Below the pieces are notes generated by a model that was given only the letters and a program-made list of their open reading frames with translations, was not told the origin of the DNA and did not search any database. From a virus (lineage: Duplodnaviria > Caudoviricetes), in IMG/VR virus record IMGVR_UViG_3300028580_000125, positions 27,623 to 91,622 of that record: a DNA stretch of 64,000 bases; one strand, written 5' to 3'. Shown in pieces: positions 1 to 9,872 of the stretch; position 1 is the first letter of the stretch, and each line of letters starts with the position of its first letter. The translations under genes and the position numbers were made by a program.

Positions 1-1
1 C

Positions 2-1249
2 TTCCCAGGATTTGACGCAGAGTTGATCAAAGACCACATGGCGGCCAACGAGGACGGCGACGCGCAGCTTTCTGATTGGGAAGTGCAGGTGCGCGAGCTC
101 AATGACGACAATATTTCCAACGGCCAGCCACTTAAAAAGCGGTTTCGCGTCTACGAACGGTGGGGTTTTCTTTCCGGCAAAGACCTCGCGTCTGCTGGTG
201 TCGAGATTGCCGCAGAGGACATGACCAAGATTTATTCCTCCTGCATCTGGATTCTAGGTAACTCCATTATCAAGGCCTCGGTGAACCCGTTGGAAGGCGT
301 AGATATCCCCTACCACTTCTACCCCTACCAAGACGACGATTCATCGTTTTGGCCCGAGGGTATCGCCTACCAACTGCGCACGCCGCAATCCGGCATTAAT
401 GCTGCCGTCAGGGCCATGCAAGATAATGCTGGTGCATCTTCCGGCCCAATTTATGGAATCAACACGCAGGCTCTTGACGACACTCAGTCCGTTGACGAGA
501 TGCGCGCCAATAAGCTGTTCCTGTTTGCCAAGTCTGGCATCAACCTTTCTCAGGCATTCCAAGCGGTAACGGTCCCGTCAGCGATTGAACACAACATGAC
601 CCTGCAAAACTTTTGGCAGCAGGTTGGTGACGAGGTTTCCACGCCGCGCTTCAATCAGGGCGACGGCAACATCGCGGGCGCAGGTAAGACAGCCAGCGGC
701 CTTTCTATGCTTATGGGCGCGTCCAACATCCTGCTCAAGGATCACGTCAAAGATTTTGACGACTTCGTTGTGGCTCCCTTCATTCGGGCCATGTTCCGCT
801 GGAATATGCAGTGGAACCCGCGCGAGGACATCAAGGGCGACTTTGAAGTTGTCGCCTCTGGCAGTCAGTCACTCATAGCCAAAGAGGTACGCGCACAGCA
901 GGTTCCGGCGCTGATCGGCTATCTCGGAATCCCCGCCTTTGAACCATACCTCAAGGCAAAAGAGCTACTTGAGGTTGCCCTTGAGCAGACAGACCTGCCA
1001 GCAGAACGGCTCCTGCGCTCCGATGACGAGGCAAAGCAATATCAGCAACAGATGATGCTCGACCAGGCCAAGGCCCAAGCTCAGGCCCAGGCCTCGGCGC
1101 TTGTTGAACAGCTTGAACGCCAAGGCCTGCCCCCTGAACAAATCCAGCAGCAGTTGTTGATGCTCCTATCGAAAACCGTTCCAGCCACAATGGGCCCAGG
1201 CGGCCAGCAGCCAGGCGCAGCAATGCCGCCGCAAGGAGCGATGCAATGA
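2..1249 (+). CDS. Phage portal protein, C-terminal part (5' end outside window)
   Basis: Frame open from base 2. Podovirus portal-like motifs (YERWG, IPYHFYPY, FWPEGI, TASGLSMLMGA, IKGDFEVVASG) and Q-rich tail; lies upstream of scaffold and capsid. Confidence 0.8.
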   Translation, partial: FPGFDAELIKDHMAANEDGDAQLSDWEVQVRELNDDNISNGQPLKKRFRVYERWGFLSGKDLASAGVEIAAEDMTKIYSSCIWILGNSIIKASVNPLEGVDIPYHFYPYQDDDSSFWPEGIAYQLRTPQSGINAAVRAMQDNAGASSGPIYGINTQALDDTQSVDEMRANKLFLFAKSGINLSQAFQAVTVPSAIEHNMTLQNFWQQVGDEVSTPRFNQGDGNIAGAGKTASGLSMLMGASNILLKDHVKDFDDFVVAPFIRAMFRWNMQWNPREDIKGDFEVVASGSQSLIAKEVRAQQVPALIGYLGIPAFEPYLKAKELLEVALEQTDLPAERLLRSDDEAKQYQQQMMLDQAKAQAQAQASALVEQLERQGLPPEQIQQQLLMLLSKTVPATMGPGGQQPGAAMPPQGAMQ

Positions 1250-1467
1250 GCGCTCGAAGCTCAAAGGATGCGTCCATAAGAACGCTTCGCTCATGCAATG
1301 GGCAAGGTGTCTATACAGCACTCACAGATTTGCTGAGTTCAGTAATTGTCGAGGCCCATGAAGAGATGGAATCGGCAACTGACAATATCACCATTTGGCG
1401 CGCTCAGGGTAAGGCCACCGCAGCCAGAGACCTGATAGCCGCCATAAAACCGCGTGACGCGGAATAA
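1246..1467 (+). CDS. Small phage protein downstream of portal
   Basis: ATGA overlap with portal stop, AAGGAG SD, IWRAQG motif typical of small ORFs after podophage portals. Confidence 0.65.
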   Translation: MSARSSKDASIRTLRSCNGQGVYTALTDLLSSVIVEAHEEMESATDNITIWRAQGKATAARDLIAAIKPRDAE

Positions 1468-1477
1468 GGAGGAGATC

Positions 1478-2383
1478 ATGAGCCAGGTTAATGAAAACGA
1501 TCTGCAGCAGGGAGTTGAAACCCCCGTTGACGACGAAGAGACCCAATTCGATCAGGGCTTTTCCCTCGGCGAAGACGAAGCAGAAGCCAAGGGCAGTGCT
1601 GAAAATGGCCAGGAGCAGGAAGCCAACAGCGAAGGAAATGAAGCCGCTGGTTCCCAGGAACCCGCCAAGGCTGATGAAGGCAAGCAGCCCAATGTTCAGA
1701 ATGAACAGCCGCCGGCCGCAGAACAGCCCCAGCAGCCCCAACCGCAGATGGAACAGCCGCGCGAAAGCGCACCGGCAGAACCTGAGCCGCCGAAAAAAAT
1801 TGAAGTCCCTGAAAACCTCACTGAGGAATTTGCGACCCTCAAAAAACTGAACCCGGCCGCAGCAGAGCTTGCGCTTGAGGACTCGCCAGAAGGCGAACGG
1901 CTCAGGAGCCGAATGGAAGAATACGGGGCCGAGATGGCCCTTGATCGCGCTGAAGTCGTTCTTGATAAGCGCAACCGTGATGTTGCCACGCGCAAGGCTG
2001 ACTTTGAGCGCCAGCAGCAGGCAGTGCAGGAACACAATAATCGCTTCATGTCCACGCTCAAGCAAACGCACCCTGACTATGCGGCCATGATTACTGACCC
2101 GGCCAGGCGCGACGAAGCGGTCAAAAAGCAGAACGAAATCATCGAATGGATCAACGGCAAGCCATACGCTGAAGGCGCAAGGCTTATGCAGGTTGCAAAG
2201 TCGGGGCGCGACCCGAACGAAATATGCGCCCTGCTCACCCAATTTGAGAGCGAACGTCAGGCGAAGCCGAAGCTGGCTGATCCAACGGGAGCTCTCGCTG
2301 TGCCAGGAAGGGGTGCGCCCGCCGCGCCCGCAGGCATCGGAGATAAGGACGACTTCGATGCTGGATGGAACCTCGAAAAATAG
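1478..2383 (+). CDS. Putative capsid scaffolding protein
   Basis: TAAGGAGG SD before ATG 1478; acidic, Q/P-rich disordered N-terminus then coiled coil; directly precedes the capsid gene. Confidence 0.65.
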   Translation: MSQVNENDLQQGVETPVDDEETQFDQGFSLGEDEAEAKGSAENGQEQEANSEGNEAAGSQEPAKADEGKQPNVQNEQPPAAEQPQQPQPQMEQPRESAPAEPEPPKKIEVPENLTEEFATLKKLNPAAAELALEDSPEGERLRSRMEEYGAEMALDRAEVVLDKRNRDVATRKADFERQQQAVQEHNNRFMSTLKQTHPDYAAMITDPARRDEAVKKQNEIIEWINGKPYAEGARLMQVAKSGRDPNEICALLTQFESERQAKPKLADPTGALAVPGRGAPAAPAGIGDKDDFDAGWNLEK

Positions 2384-2404
2384 TCCAAGAAAGCGAGTTC
2401 AGTT

Positions 2405-3436
2405 ATGCCTATTACTACCACCGGCGACATCTCGTACCGCACTGCTGGTTACATGTCGAAAGAGCTTCTCAAGCGGGCTCAGCCCCTGCTCTGTGTAACC
2501 CGCCTTGGGCATCCCAAGCCGCTGCCCAAGAACTCCACACGAACCATCAAGTTCCGCGGCTATCAGCACATTGCCAGCCAGCCCAAAGTGTTGGTTGAAG
2601 GCGTGACCCCTGAGGCCAGCAAGCCTGAATTCAGGGATGTGTTCTGCACCGTTGAGCAGTATGGCGACTGGGTTGAATTGACTGACGTCATCAAGGACAC
2701 CCACGAAGACCCCATTCTCAACGAATTCACTGACATGCTTGGCGAACAGAGCGCCATCATGTTGGAGCGCGTTACCATCGGCAAGGTGCTTGCCGGTACC
2801 AACGTTTACTACAGCGGGACCACCGGCGGCGTGATTGCGACGAAGCGCAGCAGCGTCAACAAGCCCCTGAACATCAACCTGCAGCGCAGCGTGCGCCGTG
2901 GCCTTGAACGGCAGTTGGCAAAGCCGATCACCAAGATTGTGAGCGCGTCTCCCAATTTCAACACGTCGCCTATTCCCCAGGGCTTTATCGCCGTTTGCCA
3001 TACGGATTTGGACTCCGATATCCGCGACATGCCCGGCTTCATCCCTGTGGAAAAATACGCCCAGCAGCAGATCCTCCCTGGCGAAATCGGCACCGTGGAA
3101 AACATCCGCTACGTCGGCACCACGCTCCTTGAGCCGTTTGCTGACGCTGGCGCTGCGAGCGAAGCTGGCCAGAAGGCCGTTCTTTCTACGAGCGGTGCCT
3201 GCGCCGACGTCTACCCCATTCTCTTCTTCGGCCAGGACGCTTTTGGCGTCATTCCCCTGGCGCGTGAAAAGAGTGGTGCTTCTCCCATTACTCCCATGGT
3301 TCTTAACCCCGGCGTTCCCCGCAGTGGCGACCCCCTCGGTCAGCGCGGAAGCGTAAGCTGGAAGGCTTACCACGGCGCCGTCATCCTTTACGACTTCTAC
3401 ATGGCGCGCGTTGAAGTGGCCGCCTCCGCCCTCTAG
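2405..3436 (+). CDS. Major capsid protein, N4-gp56 family
   Basis: Motifs LPKNSTRTIKFR, LVEGVTP, QYGDWVELTD, GEIG, DVYPILFFGQDAFG, DPLGQRGSVSWK. Confidence 0.9.
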   Translation: MPITTTGDISYRTAGYMSKELLKRAQPLLCVTRLGHPKPLPKNSTRTIKFRGYQHIASQPKVLVEGVTPEASKPEFRDVFCTVEQYGDWVELTDVIKDTHEDPILNEFTDMLGEQSAIMLERVTIGKVLAGTNVYYSGTTGGVIATKRSSVNKPLNINLQRSVRRGLERQLAKPITKIVSASPNFNTSPIPQGFIAVCHTDLDSDIRDMPGFIPVEKYAQQQILPGEIGTVENIRYVGTTLLEPFADAGAASEAGQKAVLSTSGACADVYPILFFGQDAFGVIPLAREKSGASPITPMVLNPGVPRSGDPLGQRGSVSWKAYHGAVILYDFYMARVEVAASAL

Positions 3437-3451
3437 GCAAAGGATCGAATC

Positions 3452-3904
3452 ATGCCCAAGGACAAAGATATGACCAACACCCAGGAAGGAACCGAAACGG
3501 GTGCCGCCGACACCAGCGCAGAAGTGAAGGGCGTGGACGATGCCCCGTCTACCGATGCAACGGTTGCGCAGCGCGAACGGATGTCAACGAACCAGGTTCG
3601 CAAGGGACGCTGGGTAAGAATCGTTCTGGCAAGCGGCCAGGAAGAAGCCGAACGCGCCCCAGTGCCGATTGCCGTTAATGGCTACCAGTGCCTGCTCAAA
3701 CGCGACGAGGAAGGGATTATTCCCGAATCCCTTCTGAACGTGCTTGAAGACGCAGTTGAAACGCGCCCGGTTGTCGTCGAAGAAGGCGGCTCCCGCAAAG
3801 TTACCTGGAAGAAGATCAAGCGGTTTTCGTACATGGTTGTCGGCTCTTACGACACCAAGGCCGAAGCCGAAGCGGCTGCGGAAGCTGCGAAGGACAGCCA
3901 GTAA
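3452..3904 (+). CDS. Phage hypothetical protein following the capsid gene
   Basis: AAGGA SD; VPIAVNG...LLNVLEDA motif recalled from post-capsid ORFs of such phages. Confidence 0.6.
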   Translation: MPKDKDMTNTQEGTETGAADTSAEVKGVDDAPSTDATVAQRERMSTNQVRKGRWVRIVLASGQEEAERAPVPIAVNGYQCLLKRDEEGIIPESLLNVLEDAVETRPVVVEEGGSRKVTWKKIKRFSYMVVGSYDTKAEAEAAAEAAKDSQ

Positions 3905-4617
3905 TGCGCGCCGCCGAGGTATTGCGCTTGGTTTCTGGCGCGCTGCAAGACCTCGAACCAGGCCTCGAATCAAGATGGCCTTGGGAAGGTGGAGACGACG
4001 GACGTATTGGACTCCTTGATTTCCTCAATGAGTCCATGCGTGTTGTCGTCATGCAACGCCCAGACGCCTTTGCGATTACAGAGCCTATCCGGCTCGAGCC
4101 TGGTATGCGGCAACGCATGCCGAGCAAAAAGCGCAACTCGGCATCGCGCAACGCTGCAACGCTTATTGAGCTTGTGCGCAACCTTGGACAGGACGGGGAC
4201 ACCCCTGGACAGGCCATTGTGTCTGCGCAGCCATCCCTGCTGCTGGCATGGGCCGATGCCACACGCGCTGCGCGCAGTGTGGAAAATTTCGCCTATGACC
4301 GTCTCACTAACCCCAACATTTACTACGTCTACCCAGCCGTGTGCGAAGACGCTGACGTGTGGGTCGAAGCCACATACAGCGCGGCCCCGGAAGCCATAAC
4401 CAGCCCAGAGCAGGAGATTGGTTTGCCAGAGGGCTACGCAGCGGCGCTGAAACACCATATTCTGGCGAGTATTTTGTCTGGGGATAACGAAAGCAGCAAC
4501 GCCAGCAAGGCATCCCTCCACCTGCAACTCTATGCGCAGATCCTCGGGATCAAGTTGCAGGTGGACGCCGGATGGCCAAAGGCAAAATCAACCGCGCCCG
4601 CAGGAGGTGCAGCATGA
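3904..4617 (+). CDS. Putative head-tail adaptor protein (DUF6682-like)
   Basis: TAATG coupling to upstream gene; RW...LLDFLNE...RPDA and YYVYP motifs. Confidence 0.6.
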   Translation: MRAAEVLRLVSGALQDLEPGLESRWPWEGGDDGRIGLLDFLNESMRVVVMQRPDAFAITEPIRLEPGMRQRMPSKKRNSASRNAATLIELVRNLGQDGDTPGQAIVSAQPSLLLAWADATRAARSVENFAYDRLTNPNIYYVYPAVCEDADVWVEATYSAAPEAITSPEQEIGLPEGYAAALKHHILASILSGDNESSNASKASLHLQLYAQILGIKLQVDAGWPKAKSTAPAGGAA

Positions 4618-5186
4618 TGAACAGAATGGAACAGCTTGGAGTCCTTGTGCCAAGGGTTCTGCCACAAGTTCTGCCGTGCCCCCGCAGCATGGTTATTGAT
4701 GCCCTGCAATACATTGCGGGCGATTTTTGCGGAAAGACTGGCGTGTGGTCCATGACCCTGCAAGAAGACGCAATCAAAGGGGATAGCGGAATACGGCTCA
4801 ATCCTCCAAAGGGCGTTGCTATTTCCAGAGTCGAGTCTGTCTACATTGATGGCTCGTACATTGACAAAGATGAGTATCGCTCAACGGCAAACGACATCCT
4901 GCTTGGATTTGTGCCACAGCGTGATGCCATTGCCACAATCATGTGCACCGTGAGGCCGTCCCGTAATGCGGAATCCTTACCAGAAGAGATTGCCGAGGAA
5001 TGGGGCGACACAATCGCATATGGGGCCCTGGCAAAAGTTAAGGCCATGAGCGGAAACAATATCGAGTGGACAGATGCCCAAGGGGCCAAATTAGCCCTTG
5101 AACTATACAACGAGGGCTGCGCGCGAGCGAGGGCCAAAATGATACGCCGCAAGCACGGCGACAGCCTTTTTGTGGGGGATCTATGA
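4614..5186 (+). CDS. Putative adaptor / tail tubular A-like protein
   Basis: AGGAGG SD and ATGA overlap; DFCGKTGVW and TIAYGALA motifs. Confidence 0.55.
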   Translation: MMNRMEQLGVLVPRVLPQVLPCPRSMVIDALQYIAGDFCGKTGVWSMTLQEDAIKGDSGIRLNPPKGVAISRVESVYIDGSYIDKDEYRSTANDILLGFVPQRDAIATIMCTVRPSRNAESLPEEIAEEWGDTIAYGALAKVKAMSGNNIEWTDAQGAKLALELYNEGCARARAKMIRRKHGDSLFVGDL

Positions 5187-6832
5187 GCAACACAATACCC
5201 ACAGTCAAAGTAACCGCAAGATTCGTTGACCAGCTTGGCGCGCCTGTCTGCAAGGCTGTTGTGACCATGCGGCTTACTACAACGGAACGCTATGCCGGGT
5301 ACATTGTTCCGCGCGAGGCGCGGGCTGTGACCGATGCAATGGGCGTTGCCGTGCTGCAGGTATGGCCCAATGAACTGGGCACTGAAAGCAGCGAGTATGC
5401 CGTTTCTGTCACATTCCCAGATGCTTGCGCTGCAAACAGCAGCATAGCGCCAATGCGCAGCATCAGGGGAAACTGCGTTGTTCCAAACGCAGATTGCAAC
5501 CTGCAAGACATAATGGAGTTGCCCGCTTACGAGCCGCGCAGTGCTGGACAGGCTGTAGAAACAGAGGTCGCGCACTGGGCGTCTTTGGCTGCCCAGTATT
5601 CGGAAGGTGCCAGGGCTTCAATGCAGGGTGCGCAGTCCGTTGAGACCAGGCTTAATGCCACAGCTGACGTGGCATCTGCCTCGCGGCTGGCGGCGCAAGA
5701 GGCCGCACAGTCAGCAAGCGCATCTGCTACGCGGGCGCAAGGTCTTGTCGATGGAGTTTCAAGCACCATAAGCCACTTCCAAAACTCTGTTGTCGAACAA
5801 ACAGCAGAAACAGTGGAACGGCTTACGGTTGATGCGACAACTTCCATCGGCCAGCACAAAGCCTCTGCCATCGACGAGATCGGCGCCAAGGTTGAAGCGA
5901 CTATGGATGAATCCATAGCCACTTTGACGCAGGCCAGATCAGAATCAATGCAGGCCGTATCAGGCGCAAAGCAGGCTGGCCTTGATCAAATATCAACGGC
6001 CGGGGCCACTCAGCTTTTGGCGCTACGCAATGAGGCCGCACTCTTTGGCGAGGACTTTGAAAACCTCACCGAACGCGCGGAATCCGCAGCAAAGAAAGCC
6101 GGGTGTTCATCTGCCGCAGCGGCCAATGCTGAGAGCGTAGCAACATCCGCGGCTTCGCGGGCCGAAAGTGCAGCACAATGGCTTGAGAGGCACAGGGACG
6201 ATGCCTTGTCTGCTGCCACCAGGGCCGTCGCTGCAGCACAAACCGTTGACGCGGCAGCAAACACAGCCACGGCCAAAGCAACCTTGGCCGTGAATGCCGC
6301 AGCGGAAGTGGCCACAGCTCACCAGTCAATATCTCAAAGTGAGCAGTCTGCAGCTGCCAGCGCACAGGTGGCCACGGCAGCGAAGAATGCCACCGCAGCA
6401 AATGCCGAGGCGGTGGCCACGGCAACTGCCAACATGGAACAGTCCATAGCGGCTGCGGCTGGCAAGCTTGTGAACGAAGACATTGTAAACGCAGCAGTAT
6501 CCCAGGCAACTGCAAGCGCAACGGCTGCCGCGACAGCGGCAACCAATGCGGCAACGTCTGCTGGACAAGCTGCTTCTGTCGTCGAAACACACGCCGCTGA
6601 GGTCGCAACGGCTACCGCAAGGGTGGTTGATATCGCCGGACAAATGACCCTGGGGCTAAACGTTGAGAAGTCGACAATCGAAATGGCCGCATCGGTCATA
6701 CGACTCACCGATCACTCAACGCAGCTTCAGGTTGATAACCTCACTGCTTCTGTGTCTGGGGTTGATATGGCCACTGAGCTTGCGCGCCTTTCCGGCAGGG
6801 TAACGCGCCTGGAACTGCAAGGGGCATCCTAA
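5183..6832 (+). CDS. Tail fibre-like protein with long Ala-rich coiled coil
   Basis: N-terminal beta domain (TDAMGVAVLQVWPNELG) followed by ~400 aa of Ala/Ser/Thr-rich helical sequence. Confidence 0.6.
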   Translation: MSNTIPTVKVTARFVDQLGAPVCKAVVTMRLTTTERYAGYIVPREARAVTDAMGVAVLQVWPNELGTESSEYAVSVTFPDACAANSSIAPMRSIRGNCVVPNADCNLQDIMELPAYEPRSAGQAVETEVAHWASLAAQYSEGARASMQGAQSVETRLNATADVASASRLAAQEAAQSASASATRAQGLVDGVSSTISHFQNSVVEQTAETVERLTVDATTSIGQHKASAIDEIGAKVEATMDESIATLTQARSESMQAVSGAKQAGLDQISTAGATQLLALRNEAALFGEDFENLTERAESAAKKAGCSSAAAANAESVATSAASRAESAAQWLERHRDDALSAATRAVAAAQTVDAAANTATAKATLAVNAAAEVATAHQSISQSEQSAAASAQVATAAKNATAANAEAVATATANMEQSIAAAAGKLVNEDIVNAAVSQATASATAAATAATNAATSAGQAASVVETHAAEVATATARVVDIAGQMTLGLNVEKSTIEMAASVIRLTDHSTQLQVDNLTASVSGVDMATELARLSGRVTRLELQGAS

Positions 6833-6917
6833 ATACTGATCAGGCTGACCCTGAATTGATGCCGCTATTTCATAGCTGAGGCCAGTGGCCCCGGCTTCAA
6901 CAAGCAACGGAGTTCAT

Positions 6918-8810
6918 ATGAGCCAAACCACAGAAGATCAGCCGACCAATGCAGAATTGGTTGCCGCTGTTACCGGCGCTGTAAGCGCTGTGCAGGATGC
7001 TCAGACGACGGTGGTGAATGCCACCAAAAATCTTACGACGCACCTTTCTGACCCCAACGCGCACGGCGCAGAAACGAAAGCAAACATTGAGGCCGCTGTA
7101 CCCAAACCCATATGGGCAGGAACGCGCCTTTCCTTTGCGAGCGACAATGGCAGCATTGCAACGACATCTGTCAACCTCAAGGGCGAAAAGGGGGACAAAG
7201 GCGATAAGGGTGACGCAGGCACAGCGGGCACGACTGGCCCGCGCCCTGCCCATAAATGGGTTGGCACGTCCCTGTTCGTCCAGTCGCCCGATGGGACATA
7301 CCCTGAAACCGGCACTGATCTTAAGGGTGAGAAAGGAGATCAGGGCGAGAAAGGTGACAAGGGCGACAAAGGCGACACTGGCATCCAAGGGCCAGCTGGC
7401 GGCCCCAAAGGTGACAAGGGCGATAAGGGTGATACCGGCCCGATGCCAGAACATCTGTGGGACGGAACGTCCGTCATGTTCCAGAAAGCGGATGGTTCGT
7501 GGCCTACCCAATATGTCAACCTCAAGGGCGAAAAGGGGGACAAGGGCGATACCGGCGCTGCTGGTATTGACGGTGCCGTGACCAACCTTTCGGACGCCAT
7601 CAACTCCAGCGACAGCACCAAGGCGGCAAGCTCCAAGGCAGTCAAGGACGCGACGGACACGCATAACTCGGCTTCTGACGCACACGGGATCAACAATCCC
7701 GAAAGCGGCTTCCGCGCTTCAATCGTAGCCATTGCTGCGGCTCAGGCCCAAAAGGCTGCGGCTGACGCAGTGGCCAGCCTCGAAATTGTTTCTGCAAGCC
7801 CGATCTTTGGTATCTGCCGCGTTCGCACTGGTGGCGGTAGCGGCCTGTTCTTCCAGACTGACGACAAGGGCAACCCGCAAAACCTTGTTACGGATTATTT
7901 TGACCGGCACCCGGTTTACAGCGCCATCAAGCGCGTCATCGTTGACGGCCAGGTAATGAACGAAATTCCTCAGTTCTTCGTGAAGAACTACACCCCTACG
8001 GAAGGAACGTTTGCCAACTGCCCTATCACCATGATCTCTCCCGTTGCCGCTGACGGGTTCCACATCCACCCTGCGTTCATGAACAACAGCGCCCAGATCA
8101 GCAAGTTTATGCTCGGCTGCTACAAGGGCAGTTTGGACAGTACACTCACGAAGGTTCAGAGCGTCCCCGGCGTATATCCTGCCGTGTCCAAGGACTTCTC
8201 CACATTCAAGGCCCTTTGCACAAACAGAAACGTCAGCGGCGTTGCAGGCTTCATGATGCAGGATGTGTATCAGCGCGCTGCCCTGCAACTGCTCATGCTT
8301 GCAGAATTTGCCAATTCCAACATGCAGTCTGTTCTTGGCGCCGGGCACACAGCCGGTTCTGCTGCCGTGACGGTGGACAACGCCGCAAACCATAAGCCCT
8401 GGCGAAACTTCCACGGCGTGTACGGGAACGTCTGGGAAATGGTCGATGGCGTTCGCGCAGACGGAAGTAAAAAGCTTGAAATCTATCGCAATGACGGAAC
8501 GCGGGCATATCTCGCAACGAATCTCACCATACCTGTGTTTGGCTCCGGCATGACCGGGTGGACGGTGGATATGCTGAGCGATGTGGCTGACGGCTACGAC
8601 ATGCGCGACGCCTTCATTCCCAAAACACTGGACGCGACAGAAACGAACGGCACCTACAGCGATGGCATGTGGGGCGCAGTGGCAAACGGCGTTTGCTATA
8701 CCGGCGGCTGCTGGGGCGATGGTTCAGCCGCAGGCCTGTTCTCCTGCAACTTCAACTACGTTGCTTCCTACTCGGACGCGTACATCGGGTGCCGCCTCGC
8801 AAAAGTGTAG
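6918..8810 (+). CDS. DGR target: collagen-like tail fibre / receptor-binding protein with C-terminal C-type-lectin (FGE-like) fold
   Basis: GGAG SD before ATG 6918; GEKGDKG repeats; GNVWEMVDG and GGxW...IGCRL motifs; its 3' end is the VR matching the TR. Confidence 0.9.
   Translation: MSQTTEDQPTNAELVAAVTGAVSAVQDAQTTVVNATKNLTTHLSDPNAHGAETKANIEAAVPKPIWAGTRLSFASDNGSIATTSVNLKGEKGDKGDKGDAGTAGTTGPRPAHKWVGTSLFVQSPDGTYPETGTDLKGEKGDQGEKGDKGDKGDTGIQGPAGGPKGDKGDKGDTGPMPEHLWDGTSVMFQKADGSWPTQYVNLKGEKGDKGDTGAAGIDGAVTNLSDAINSSDSTKAASSKAVKDATDTHNSASDAHGINNPESGFRASIVAIAAAQAQKAAADAVASLEIVSASPIFGICRVRTGGGSGLFFQTDDKGNPQNLVTDYFDRHPVYSAIKRVIVDGQVMNEIPQFFVKNYTPTEGTFANCPITMISPVAADGFHIHPAFMNNSAQISKFMLGCYKGSLDSTLTKVQSVPGVYPAVSKDFSTFKALCTNRNVSGVAGFMMQDVYQRAALQLLMLAEFANSNMQSVLGAGHTAGSAAVTVDNAANHKPWRNFHGVYGNVWEMVDGVRADGSKKLEIYRNDGTRAYLATNLTIPVFGSGMTGWTVDMLSDVADGYDMRDAFIPKTLDATETNGTYSDGMWGAVANGVCYTGGCWGDGSAAGLFSCNFNYVASYSDAYIGCRLAKV
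7169..7543 (+). repeat. Collagen-like repeat units, including an identical 30-bp direct repeat (7169-7198 and 7514-7543)
   Basis: tgtcaacctcaagggcgaaaagggggacaa occurs twice; three W-x-GT...LKGEKG(DKG)n protein units. Confidence 0.85.
8701..8803 (+). repeat. DGR variable repeat (VR)
   Basis: 103-nt ungapped match to 10322-10424 with 10 mismatches, all opposite TR adenines. Confidence 0.97.
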
Positions 8811-8838
8811 CCTGAACCCTGAAACACGTTTCCTGCTC

Positions 8839-8858
8839 TGGCCGCCGATAGGCGGCCA
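8839..8858 (+). other. DGR target-recognition hairpin/cruciform downstream of VR
   Basis: tggccgcc-GATA-ggcggcca: perfect 8-bp GC-rich stem with a GRNA-type tetraloop, 28 nt after the target stop codon. Confidence 0.85.
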
Positions 8859-8881
8859 TGGCCAGGGAAAAGGATTGCCAT

Positions 8882-9151
8882 ATGAAGATCATTTTTACCC
8901 ACAACGAAAAGACCATCGAAATTGAATACCTGGGAACGGGCAATGGCGAAGCGAAGCTTTACGGCGTTCCCACCGATTACAGCGAAGACGGGTACTACGT
9001 TTCCGCTTGGCAAAAAACTGAAATCGAACCCGTCCCGGCCTGCGCCGTGAGTGACGCTCACCTGCTTTGCCACGTCAACATCGAGAAGGATCGGGAAAGC
9101 TTTGTGCTGAAAACTGTCAAGACCACCGAGGGGGCCGACTGCCATGCCTAA
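8882..9151 (+). CDS. Hypothetical protein (tail-fibre associated)
   Basis: AAGGA SD, ATG 8882, overlaps next gene by 8 nt. Confidence 0.6.
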   Translation: MKIIFTHNEKTIEIEYLGTGNGEAKLYGVPTDYSEDGYYVSAWQKTEIEPVPACAVSDAHLLCHVNIEKDRESFVLKTVKTTEGADCHA

Positions 9152-9545
9152 GACAGAAACAGGGATCAACCATGTGACCATGCTTGGCGGGATTGAGAGC
9201 GCCAAGGCTGTGAAGCTCAACGAAATAAACAACAAGTGCGAGCTCGCCCTGCGCAGCCTCACGGACAATTACCCCGACACGGAACGCCTGACCTTTGATC
9301 AGCAGAAGGCAGAAGCGGCAGCCTACCAGGCCAACAACACTGCATCCTGCCCGATGCTCACCACTCTTGCCCAGGCACGCGGGATAACGATTGAAGATTT
9401 GGCCGCCAGGGTTTTGGAAAAGGCGGCAGCGTTTTCAAAGGCATCTGGTGCGCTCATTGGCACACGCCAGAAGTTTGAAGATACGCTTGACGGCTGCACA
9501 AGCATCCAGGCCGTTGAATCAATCTTTGTGGATTACGCACTGTAG
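9144..9545 (+). CDS. Putative tail fibre assembly/chaperone-like protein
   Basis: YPDTERLTFDQQKAEAAAY...LAQARGIT...LIGTRQ motif, recalled from ORFs downstream of tail fibre genes. Confidence 0.65.
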   Translation: MPKTETGINHVTMLGGIESAKAVKLNEINNKCELALRSLTDNYPDTERLTFDQQKAEAAAYQANNTASCPMLTTLAQARGITIEDLAARVLEKAAAFSKASGALIGTRQKFEDTLDGCTSIQAVESIFVDYAL

Positions 9546-9554
9546 GGCTTGGCC

Positions 9555-9872
9555 ATGAACCGCTTTCAAGTCTTGCTCCACAACGGACGGCAGATGTTGA
9601 TCTCCATAGATCAGGGTGCCAACGCCGCATTCGGCCTCATGATTGCCACGCTCTGCATGATCCCTTTCATTCCAAAGGCCGGGCTGTGGTGGGCAGATGA
9701 AACAATCAGCGCCCATTGCTGGCGGTGGCATATTAACGGCGTGCGCAGTTGGCCACGCAAGGTTGTAGATGCTTTGGCGCTCCTGTTTGGCGACAAGGAC
9801 CACTGCCAACAGAGCTATGAGAGTGAACGCCTCGGGCGGCAACTGCCGCCTGAAGAACGAACATCAAAATAA
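9555..9872 (+). CDS. Conserved phage hypothetical protein
   Basis: LISIDQ...WADETISA.CWR...DHCQQSYESE motif recalled from tail-region ORFs of proteobacterial phages. Confidence 0.65.
   Translation: MNRFQVLLHNGRQMLISIDQGANAAFGLMIATLCMIPFIPKAGLWWADETISAHCWRWHINGVRSWPRKVVDALALLFGDKDHCQQSYESERLGRQLPPEERTSK

Noticed and set aside
2399-3373. Long antisense ORFs (also 1388-2242, 6897-7685, 18255-19319, 61483-62427)
   Set aside because: They mirror well-supported sense genes in GC-rich DNA and have no recognisable motifs.
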